From Desulfuromonadales bacterium (GTDB taxonomy: Bacteria; Desulfobacterota; Desulfuromonadia; Desulfuromonadales; SZUA-540): a DNA stretch of 64,000 nt. The position numbers and the translations under genes were made by a program. The notes beneath the pieces were generated by a model. It did no database searches. It saw only the letters and a list, made by a program, of their open reading frames with translations, and was not told where the DNA came from. The DNA is taken from positions 96,001-160,000 of the forward strand of contig JAWSUS010000004.1 in the NCBI GenBank assembly GCA_033549025.1. Direction: 5' to 3'. Of this stretch, positions 56,569 to 64,000 are shown piece after piece; the first letter of the stretch is position 1, and the number at the start of each line of letters is the position of its first letter.

Positions 56569-57885
56569 TTGAGCTACGTCTTTTCCGGGCTGTTCTGGAT
56601 TGGGATCTATCTGGCGCTAGTGATGGCGCCGCTGCTGGTGCTTCTGCTTGGTCCCATGCCCGCTGGCAGCGGGTTCTGGTGGGACTTTTCTCTTGCCCTG
56701 GGCTTTGCCGGTACGGCCATGATGGGTACGCTTTTCGTGCAGACGGCGCGTTTCCGGCGCCCCTCTGCCCCTTTCGGCATCGATATCGTCTATTATTTTC
56801 ACCGGCAGAGTGCGCTGGTGGCCTTTGCGTTCATTCTGCTCCATCCCCTGTTGCTGCTGGCCCGTGAACCGACCCTGTGGTCTCTTTTCCGTCCCGGTCT
56901 GGCCCCCTGGCACTTCTGGGCCGGCGTGGCTTCCCTGGCCGTTCTTTTTCTGCTGCTGACCAGTTCGCTCTGGCGCAAACCGCTGGGAATCGATTACGAC
57001 CGCTGGCGTCTGGGGCATGCTGTACTGGCCGTGTTGACCCTCGGTCTGGCCATCGCCCATATCGTGGGGGTGGGGCACTATGTCGCCACTCCCTGGACCA
57101 AAATCCTGTGGGGGGCGATCTCCCTGTCCTGGCTGCTGCTGCTGGTGACCGTGCGGCTCATCAGACCGGCCATGCTGCTGCGCCGTCCCTACCGGGTCAC
57201 GGGCGTGAGCGCCGAGCGGGGCGATGCCTGGACGCTGCGGGTCGCTCCCGAAGGGCACGACGGCTTCAACTTCCTGCCCGGCCAGTTCGCCTGGATCAGC
57301 CTCGGGGCTTCTCCTTTCGCCCTCAAGGAGCATCCCTTCTCTATCGCCTCCAGTGCCGCAAAGACGGGCGAGCTGCACTTTACCATTAAGGAACTGGGGG
57401 ACTTCACCCGCCGCATCAAGGAGGTGGAAATCGGCACGCCGGTCTACGTGGATGGCCCCTACGGCTGTTTCAGTCCCGACCGGCAACCGGCCGGCAGCTA
57501 TGTCTTTGTGGCCGGCGGCATCGGCATTGCCCCGATTATGAGCATGCTGCGCACGCTGGCGGATCGCGGCGACCGCCGTCCGCTGCTCCTCTTTTATGCC
57601 TACAATACCTGGGATCGCACGACCTTTCGGGAAGAACTGGAGATGCTGCGGGAGCGCCTTGATCTTCAGGTTGTTTTCATCCTGAACGACCCTCCTCTCG
57701 ACTGGCAGGGCGAGGTGGGGCTGCTCACGAAGGAACTGCTTGGCCGCCATGTGCCGCCGCCTCTGGCGGCCGCGGAGTATTTTATCTGCGGCCCGGTGGC
57801 GATGATCCACCTGGCGGAAAAATACCTGCATGAATTGGGCGTTCCGCTGCGGCAGCTTCATTCCGAACTGTTCGATCTGGTCTGA
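56569..57885 (+). CDS. Ferric reductase-like transmembrane protein with FAD/NAD(P)H-binding domains
   Basis: His-bearing TMs (FHR, LHP, GHA, AHI), EHPFSIAS, DGPYG, AGGIGIAP and ICGP motifs. TTG start 56569 preferred over 56545. Confidence 0.87.
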   Translation: MSYVFSGLFWIGIYLALVMAPLLVLLLGPMPAGSGFWWDFSLALGFAGTAMMGTLFVQTARFRRPSAPFGIDIVYYFHRQSALVAFAFILLHPLLLLAREPTLWSLFRPGLAPWHFWAGVASLAVLFLLLTSSLWRKPLGIDYDRWRLGHAVLAVLTLGLAIAHIVGVGHYVATPWTKILWGAISLSWLLLLVTVRLIRPAMLLRRPYRVTGVSAERGDAWTLRVAPEGHDGFNFLPGQFAWISLGASPFALKEHPFSIASSAAKTGELHFTIKELGDFTRRIKEVEIGTPVYVDGPYGCFSPDRQPAGSYVFVAGGIGIAPIMSMLRTLADRGDRRPLLLFYAYNTWDRTTFREELEMLRERLDLQVVFILNDPPLDWQGEVGLLTKELLGRHVPPPLAAAEYFICGPVAMIHLAEKYLHELGVPLRQLHSELFDLV

Positions 57886-57910
57886 ACGAGGAATAGAGAA
57901 GGAGGCAACC

Positions 57911-58003
57911 ATGCGACTTTTACTGGCCAAGTTGCTGGCCTGGTCAACCGGGGGGATCATTCTGATCCTGGCCGGACTCTTCGCTCTGACGCAGAACAGC
58001 TGA
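57911..58003 (+). CDS. 30-aa single-TM small protein (not in the ORF track)
   Basis: AGGAGG SD 5 nt before ATG; MRLLLAKLLAWSTGGIILILAGLFALTQNS*. Confidence 0.55.
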   Translation: MRLLLAKLLAWSTGGIILILAGLFALTQNS

Positions 58004-58141
58004 TCTTTTCCTGTAACTTCCCTGGCCGGGGACATTCCGTTTGATCTCGGCCTGCCTCCCGGCTATGATACGCCCTGCGGGCCGACCGTTTTTTTTCTTG
58101 TGGTTCGTCAATCTCTTCTCACCTGAAAACGGCACTTTTTT

Positions 58142-58900
58142 ATGCAGCTCCTGCGCAGCGAAGCGATCATTCTGCGGCACGTCGACTACGGTGAAGCGGA
58201 CAGGATCGTGACCTTTTATACGCCCGAGCTCGGCCTGCTCAAAGGGTTTGCCCGCGGCGCCCGCCGCAGTCGCAAGCGCTTTGGGCCGGCCCTGGAACCC
58301 TTTGCGCAGGTGATGATGCATTGGAGCCCGCCGGGGCGGGGACAGCTGCTGTCGCTGAAGGAGGCCGAGCTGGTCGATCTGCACGCCGGTTTGCGCGCCG
58401 ACCTGTTGGCGCTGGCCCTGGCGGGCTATGGCTGCGAACTGGTGGAAGAGTTGCAGGGGGAAGAATCGGGGCATCCGCAGGTTTACGGACTGCTGCAGGC
58501 TTTTCTGCACCATCTGGCCGCCGCCGGCGGCTCAGCGGAAGCCCGGCTGCTCTTCGAGCTGCGTCTGCTGGAACTGGCCGGCTACATCCCCCATCTGCTG
58601 CACTGCTCCGAATGTATGGAAACCCTCAAGACGGAGACCGTTTTTTTCGACGCCTCCCGCGGCGGCAGCCTCTGTCCGGCCTGTGAGGGCGCGCGCGGCA
58701 GCCTCTCGGTCAGCCTGCTGACGCTGGGAACCCTGTCCCGCATTCTGCGCGCTCCCCTGGAAAGCTTCGAGGGCTATCGCCTGAGTCCGGCTACGTTAAC
58801 GCAGGGGGAGAGGATGCTCACCGCGGCCATCGGCCGGCACCTGCACCGCCGACTCAAGTCGCTGGTTTTTCTGCAACAAGTTGCTGGTGGAAGCGGCTGA
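58142..58900 (+). CDS. recO: DNA repair protein RecO
   Basis: YGEADRIVTFYT, ARGARRSRKRF and zinc finger CSEC..CPAC. Confidence 0.93.
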   Translation: MQLLRSEAIILRHVDYGEADRIVTFYTPELGLLKGFARGARRSRKRFGPALEPFAQVMMHWSPPGRGQLLSLKEAELVDLHAGLRADLLALALAGYGCELVEELQGEESGHPQVYGLLQAFLHHLAAAGGSAEARLLFELRLLELAGYIPHLLHCSECMETLKTETVFFDASRGGSLCPACEGARGSLSVSLLTLGTLSRILRAPLESFEGYRLSPATLTQGERMLTAAIGRHLHRRLKSLVFLQQVAGGSG

Positions 58901-58941
58901 TCCCCCGCCAGCGGAGGTCCTGTCGCCTCTCAGAAATTGCC

Positions 58942-58970
58942 TTGACAGGCCCGGGGTCAGGGGCTAAAAT
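58942..58970 (+). promoter_or_regulatory. sigma70 promoter of glyQS
   Basis: TTGACA-17 nt-TAAAAT. Confidence 0.65.
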
Positions 58971-59054
58971 TCAGCTTTTTAAATTTGTATACAGTATACC
59001 AATAAACAGGCCCTGAAGAGGGGGCGTAAACTGTTTTGACGGCCTGGAGGCATC

Positions 59055-59924
59055 GTGACTTTTCAAGATCTCATTCTTTCCCTGCAGAATTACTGGGCCA
59101 AGCAGGGCTGCATCATTCAGCAGCCCTACGACATGGAAAAGGGGGCAGGTACCTTCAATCCCGCCACTTTTCTGCGCGTTCTCGGCCCCGAGCCCTGGAA
59201 GGTAGCCTACGTGGAGCCGTCCCGCCGCCCCACCGACGGCCGCTATGGCGAAAATCCCAATCGACTGCAGCACTACTACCAGTTTCAGGTCATCATGAAA
59301 CCCTCTCCCCTGAACATTCAGGATCTCTACCTCGATTCCCTCAAGAGCTTCGGCATCAACCCGTCGCAGCACGACATCCGCTTTGTCGAGGATGACTGGG
59401 AATCGCCGACCCTGGGGGCCTGGGGGCTGGGGTGGGAAGTGTGGCTCGACGGCATGGAAATCACCCAGTTTACCTACTTCCAGCAGGCCGGCGGCATCGA
59501 TCTCAAGCCCGTTTCCGGTGAGATTACCTACGGCTGCGAGCGTATCGCCATGTATCTGCAGGGCGTGGACAACGTCTACGATCTCGAGTGGGTCAAGGGG
59601 GTCAAGTACGGCGATGTGCATCATCAGGGCGAGGTGGAGTTCTCTACCTACAACTTTGAAGAGGCCGACGTCGACATGCTGCTTAACCTCTTCACCATGT
59701 ACGAGAAGGAATGCATCCGCCTGGCGCAGCGCGGCCTGGTCCTGCCGGCCTACGACTACGTCATGAAATGCTCCCACGCCTTCAACATGCTCGATGCCCG
59801 CGGCGCCATTTCCGTGACCGAGCGTGCTTCCTACATCGGCCGGGTGCGCAACGTGGCGCGGCTCTGCGCCGAAGGGTACGTGGCCCAGCGAGAGAAGCTT
59901 GGCTTTCCGCTGCTGAAGAAATGA
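59055..59924 (+). CDS. glyQ: Glycine--tRNA ligase alpha subunit
   Basis: [33 protein letters not shown] and [12 protein letters not shown] motifs. Confidence 0.98.
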   Translation: MTFQDLILSLQNYWAKQGCIIQQPYDMEKGAGTFNPATFLRVLGPEPWKVAYVEPSRRPTDGRYGENPNRLQHYYQFQVIMKPSPLNIQDLYLDSLKSFGINPSQHDIRFVEDDWESPTLGAWGLGWEVWLDGMEITQFTYFQQAGGIDLKPVSGEITYGCERIAMYLQGVDNVYDLEWVKGVKYGDVHHQGEVEFSTYNFEEADVDMLLNLFTMYEKECIRLAQRGLVLPAYDYVMKCSHAFNMLDARGAISVTERASYIGRVRNVARLCAEGYVAQREKLGFPLLKK

Positions 59925-59971
59925 TTGGCCGGGGCGCACCCGCGTCCCGGTATCCTCTTACCGGAGATACC

Positions 59972-62038
59972 ATGTCTGCTGAACTTTTTCTTGAAATCGG
60001 TACCGAAGAGATTCCGGCCGGCTTTCTGCCGGCGGCCATGCGCGATATGGAACGCCTGCTGCGCAAAGAACTGGAGAACGCCCGCATCTCCTTCGGCACG
60101 ATCCAGACCTTTGCCACCCCCCGTCGTCTGGCCATCGCTGTGGCCGACGTGGAAACGGAACAGCCGCGCCAGGAGCTGACCCTCTCCGGGCCCTCCGTCA
60201 AGGTCGCCTTCGATGCCGACGGCAATCCGACCAAGGCGGCCCTCGGCTTTGCCCGCGCCAACGGTGTCGATGTTTCCGAGCTGCAGCAGGTGGAGACCGA
60301 AAAAGGGGCCTATCTGTTCATCTCCAAGGTCGAGGAAGGCCGCCAGACGGCCGATCTGCTGCCGGAGATGCTGCCCCGTCTGATCGGCGGCATCCCCTTC
60401 AAAAAGTCCATGCGCTGGAAGGATCTCGACATTCGCTTTGCCCGGCCCATGCACTGGATTGTCGCCCTCTACGATGGCGTCGTCGTTCCCTTTACTTACG
60501 GCAACCTCGAGAGCGGCAACCTCTCGCGGGGGCACCGGTTCATGGCCCCGGCGACCTTCCCGGTGACGGGTCTGGCCAGCTGGCTTGAGGCGTGCGAGCG
60601 CCATTTCGTCACCCCCGAACCGGCCAAGCGCCGCGACCTCATCGCCCGCGAGATCGAGCGCGTCGCCCACGCGGCCGGCGGGGAGGTCAATACGGATGAG
60701 GCTCTGCTCGACGAGGTTTCTTACCTCGTGGAAGACGCCACCCCCATCATCGGCTCTTTCGAGGACAAATACCTGCAGCTCCCCCGCGAGCTGCTGATCA
60801 CCACCATGCGCGAGCACCAGCGCTATTTCACCCTGGTCGACAAAGAGGGGAAGCTGCTGCCCCGCTTCATCACCATCTCCAACACCCGGCCGGAAGACCC
60901 GGCCGTGGTCGCCCGCGGCAACGAGCGGGTCTTGCGGGCCCGTCTTTCCGACGCCATGTTCTTCTGGACCGAGGACCAGAAGGTCAAGCTGGAAACCCGT
61001 CTCGAGGCGTTGAAGAACGTAGTCTATCAGGCTAAGCTCGGCACCAGCTACGAGAAGGTCATGCGCTTTCGCGAACTGGCCGCCCTGCTCGCCGCCCAGC
61101 TGTCCCCTGCCGACAGCGCCCTGACCGACCGGGCTGCCCTGCTGGCCAAGTGCGACCTGGAAACCGGCATGGTGTATGAGTTCCCCGAGTTGCAAGGCAT
61201 CATGGGGCGCGAGTACGCGCTGCTTGAAGGGGAGGACGCCCGGGTGGCCCGCGCCATTCATGAGCACTATCTTCCCGTCGAAGCCGGCGGCGAGCTCCCT
61301 TCCGATCACCTAGGGGCCTTCGTCTCCATCGCCGACAAAATCGATACCATCTGTGGCTGCTTCGGCGTCGGCCTTATTCCCACCGGTTCGGCCGACCCCT
61401 ATGCCCTGCGGCGCAGTGCCATCGGCGTCCTCGCTATCCTGCTCGACCGGGGCTATCGCCTCTCGCTGACCGCGCTGGTCGGCAAGGCCGTCGATCTGCT
61501 CGCCGCCAAACTTACCCGTCCGGCCGACGAGGTGAAGAAGGACGTCCTCGAATTTATCCGCCTGCGTTTCTTTAATATGCTGACCGGCCAGGGACAGCCC
61601 CAGGACGTGGTCGACGCTGTGCTGTCGGCCTCCTTCGACGATGTCATCGACGCCCAGGAGCGCGTCAAGGCGCTGGCCGCCCTCAAGGGACGGGAAGATT
61701 TCGAGCCGCTGGCCGTGGCCTTCAAGCGGGTGGTCAACATCATCAAGGGAGGCGTGAATACGCCGGTGAACGCCGACCGTTTCGAAGCCGCCTGCGAGAA
61801 AACCCTGCATGCCGAAGTGCAGTCGACCGCTGCCCGCGTCGCCGCCGCCACCCAGGCCGGGGACTACGCCGCTGCCCTGCAGGCCATCGCTGCGCTGCGC
61901 GGGGCCGTGGACGACTTCTTCGAAGGGGTGATGGTCATGGCCGAGGATGAAGGCGTGCGAATAAACCGGCTGGCCCTGCTGACAGGGGTCGCCCGCCTCT
62001 TCGAAAACATCGCAGATTTTGCCAAGATAGCCGCCTAG
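59972..62038 (+). CDS. glyS: Glycine--tRNA ligase beta subunit
   Basis: LEIGTEEIPA, TPRRL, GNERVLRARLSDA and EFPELQGIMG motifs; ATG 59972. Confidence 0.97.
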   Translation: MSAELFLEIGTEEIPAGFLPAAMRDMERLLRKELENARISFGTIQTFATPRRLAIAVADVETEQPRQELTLSGPSVKVAFDADGNPTKAALGFARANGVDVSELQQVETEKGAYLFISKVEEGRQTADLLPEMLPRLIGGIPFKKSMRWKDLDIRFARPMHWIVALYDGVVVPFTYGNLESGNLSRGHRFMAPATFPVTGLASWLEACERHFVTPEPAKRRDLIAREIERVAHAAGGEVNTDEALLDEVSYLVEDATPIIGSFEDKYLQLPRELLITTMREHQRYFTLVDKEGKLLPRFITISNTRPEDPAVVARGNERVLRARLSDAMFFWTEDQKVKLETRLEALKNVVYQAKLGTSYEKVMRFRELAALLAAQLSPADSALTDRAALLAKCDLETGMVYEFPELQGIMGREYALLEGEDARVARAIHEHYLPVEAGGELPSDHLGAFVSIADKIDTICGCFGVGLIPTGSADPYALRRSAIGVLAILLDRGYRLSLTALVGKAVDLLAAKLTRPADEVKKDVLEFIRLRFFNMLTGQGQPQDVVDAVLSASFDDVIDAQERVKALAALKGREDFEPLAVAFKRVVNIIKGGVNTPVNADRFEAACEKTLHAEVQSTAARVAAATQAGDYAAALQAIAALRGAVDDFFEGVMVMAEDEGVRINRLALLTGVARLFENIADFAKIAA

Positions 62039-62062
62039 GAAACTAGGCGGCTCTTTTATTTT
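62029..62062 (+). terminator. Intrinsic terminator after glyS
   Basis: AGCCGCCTAG-GAAA-CTAGGCGGCT followed by a T-rich tract. Confidence 0.75.
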
Positions 62063-62128
62063 CAGTAAAAAACGGTGCCTGAAATGGCGCAATTGTTTAT
62101 TTTTACTAACCTTTGAGGAGGAGTACCC

Positions 62129-64000
62129 ATGGCAACGAAGTACGTTTATTTCTTCGGCGACGGCAAGGCCGAGGGAAAAGGGGACATGAAAAACCTGCTG
62201 GGCGGCAAGGGGGCCAACCTGGCCGAAATGACCTCGATCGGTCTGCCCGTGCCGGCCGGTTTTACCATCACCACCGAGGTATGCACCGAGTTCTACAAGA
62301 ACAACCGCCAGTACCCCGCCGAACTCAAAGGGCAGGTGGAAGAAAACCTGAAAAAGGTCGAGACGCTGATGGGCAAGAAATTCGGCGACGCAAAAAACCC
62401 GCTGCTCGTCTCCGTGCGCTCCGGTGCCCGCGCCTCCATGCCGGGCATGATGGACACCGTCCTTAACCTCGGCCTCAACGACCAAACGGTGCAGGGCATC
62501 ATCGAACAGAGCGGCGACGCCCGTTTCGCCTACGACTCCTATCGCCGCTTCATCCAGATGTACTCCAACGTCGTCCTTAATCTCGACGGCGACATTCTCG
62601 AACATATCCTCGAGCAGATGAAAGAGCAGCGCGGGGTCCAGCAGGACACCCAGCTGACCGCCGACGACCTCAAGGAAATGGTCATCCTCTTCAAGAAGAA
62701 GGTTCGTGAAGAGATGGGTCGGGACTTCCCTGAAGATCCCCAGGAGCAGCTGTGGGGCGCCATCGGGGCCGTCTTCGGTTCCTGGATGAACCCCCGCGCC
62801 ATCACCTATCGCAAGCTCAACGGCATCCCTGCCGAGTGGGGAACCGCCGTCAACGTCCAGTCCATGGTCTACGGCAATATGGGCGACGACTGCGCCACCG
62901 GCGTGGCTTTCACCCGCAACCCCTCTACCGGCGAGAACGTCTTCTTCGGCGAGTTCCTGGTCAACGCCCAGGGCGAGGACGTGGTGGCCGGCATCCGCAC
63001 CCCGCAGCCCATCAACAAGGCGGGCGGCGACGGTACCCTGCCTTCCATGGAAGAGGTCATGCCCGTCTGCTACGACCAGCTTATGAAGGTGCAGCAGACC
63101 CTGGAGAAGCACTACCGCGACATGCAGGATATCGAGTTCACCATCGAGAAGGGCAAGCTCTACATGCTGCAGACCCGCAACGGCAAGCGCACCGCCAAGG
63201 CGGCCGTGAAGATCGCCGTCGACATGGTGCGCGAGGGGGTCATCAACGAGAAGGAAGCCGTCCTGCGCGTGCAGCCCGAACAGCTCGATCAACTGCTCCA
63301 TCCCTCCCTCGATCCCAAGGCCTCCAAAACCATCATCGCCAAGGGCCTGCCCGCTTCTCCCGGCGCCGCCAGTGGTGAAGTCGTCTTTTCGGCCGACGAG
63401 GCCGAAGAAGCGGCCAAGATCGGCCTCAAGGTCATTCTTGTCCGCGTGGAGACCAGCCCCGAGGACATTCACGGCATGCACGCCGCTCAGGGCATCCTCA
63501 CCGCCCGCGGCGGCATGACCTCCCACGCCGCCGTTGTCGCCCGCGGCATGGGCAAGTGCTGCGTGGCCGGCTGCGGGGATATCAAGGTCGACTACAAGAC
63601 GCAGCAGTTCGTCGCCCGCGACGGCGTCGTCATCAAGAAGGGGGATGTCATCACCCTCGACGGTTCCACCGGCGAAGTCATGAAGGGTGAAGTTCCCACC
63701 GTTCAGCCTGAGCTGACCGGCGATTTCGGCGCCCTCATGGAGTGGGTCGATTCCTTCCGTCGCCTCAAAGTGCGCACCAACGCCGATACCCCCAACGACT
63801 CCAAGGTGGCCCGCAACTTCGGCGCCGAGGGCATCGGTCTGTGCCGCACCGAGCATATGTTCTTTGAGGCCGAGCGCATCATGGCCGTGCGCGAGATGAT
63901 TCTGTCCGAGGATATCGCCGGTCGCAAGGGCGCTCTGGCCAAGATCCTGCCCATGCAGAAAGGGGACTTCCTCGGCATCTTCCGCGAGATGAAGGGCCTG
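62129..64000 (+). CDS. ppdK: Pyruvate, phosphate dikinase (runs off the window; absent from the ORF track)
   Basis: ATG after [34 protein letters not shown], in-frame [13 protein letters not shown] (His at 63524) and [11 protein letters not shown]. Confidence 0.97.
   Translation, partial: MATKYVYFFGDGKAEGKGDMKNLLGGKGANLAEMTSIGLPVPAGFTITTEVCTEFYKNNRQYPAELKGQVEENLKKVETLMGKKFGDAKNPLLVSVRSGARASMPGMMDTVLNLGLNDQTVQGIIEQSGDARFAYDSYRRFIQMYSNVVLNLDGDILEHILEQMKEQRGVQQDTQLTADDLKEMVILFKKKVREEMGRDFPEDPQEQLWGAIGAVFGSWMNPRAITYRKLNGIPAEWGTAVNVQSMVYGNMGDDCATGVAFTRNPSTGENVFFGEFLVNAQGEDVVAGIRTPQPINKAGGDGTLPSMEEVMPVCYDQLMKVQQTLEKHYRDMQDIEFTIEKGKLYMLQTRNGKRTAKAAVKIAVDMVREGVINEKEAVLRVQPEQLDQLLHPSLDPKASKTIIAKGLPASPGAASGEVVFSADEAEEAAKIGLKVILVRVETSPEDIHGMHAAQGILTARGGMTSHAAVVARGMGKCCVAGCGDIKVDYKTQQFVARDGVVIKKGDVITLDGSTGEVMKGEVPTVQPELTGDFGALMEWVDSFRRLKVRTNADTPNDSKVARNFGAEGIGLCRTEHMFFEAERIMAVREMILSEDIAGRKGALAKILPMQKGDFLGIFREMKGL

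Noticed and set aside
1..64000. CRISPR arrays, rRNA/tRNA genes, transposases, prophage genes
   Set aside because: No regularly spaced repeats or recognisable motifs were seen on reading. This was not confirmed computationally.

Overview
GC-rich bacterial chromosomal window whose gene content points to a Desulfuromonadales/Geobacter-like deltaproteobacterium (inference from gene families). Left to right: the end of a Pel exopolysaccharide operon (pelD'EFG); a PEP/pyruvate-binding-domain protein, mltA, aroK, a quinone oxidoreductase and a small siroheme-type reductase; an OmpR-type two-component pair divergent from a FabK/FabX-like flavoprotein; a coproporphyrin-type heme cluster (ahbD-like, hemE, hemH, hemY); and a membrane protein with presenilin/SPP-like motifs. 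Next comes a ~13 kb minus-strand ext-type chalcogen (S/Se/Te) reduction cluster: rhodanese lipoprotein, porin, small Cys-tailed protein, five-heme cytochrome, 12- and 9-heme cytochromes, a Rieske/split cytochrome b module and a tetraheme protein. The cluster is bracketed by two TetR genes and followed by an orphan 4Fe-4S/cytochrome b pair. After it are a divergent mobAB-modEABC-moeA operon, a hybrid kinase, def, an AT-richer sigma54-type three-gene secreted-protein unit, slyX/B12-radical SAM, mgtE, a CPA2 antiporter, an iron (Fur-box) locus, recO, glyQS and the start of ppdK. Best-supported hidden feature: the ORF track splits the five-heme cytochrome at an in-frame UGA (29913-29915) that is followed by a SECIS-like hairpin, so it is one 438-aa multiheme selenoprotein. 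No tRNA, rRNA, CRISPR array or transposase was seen.
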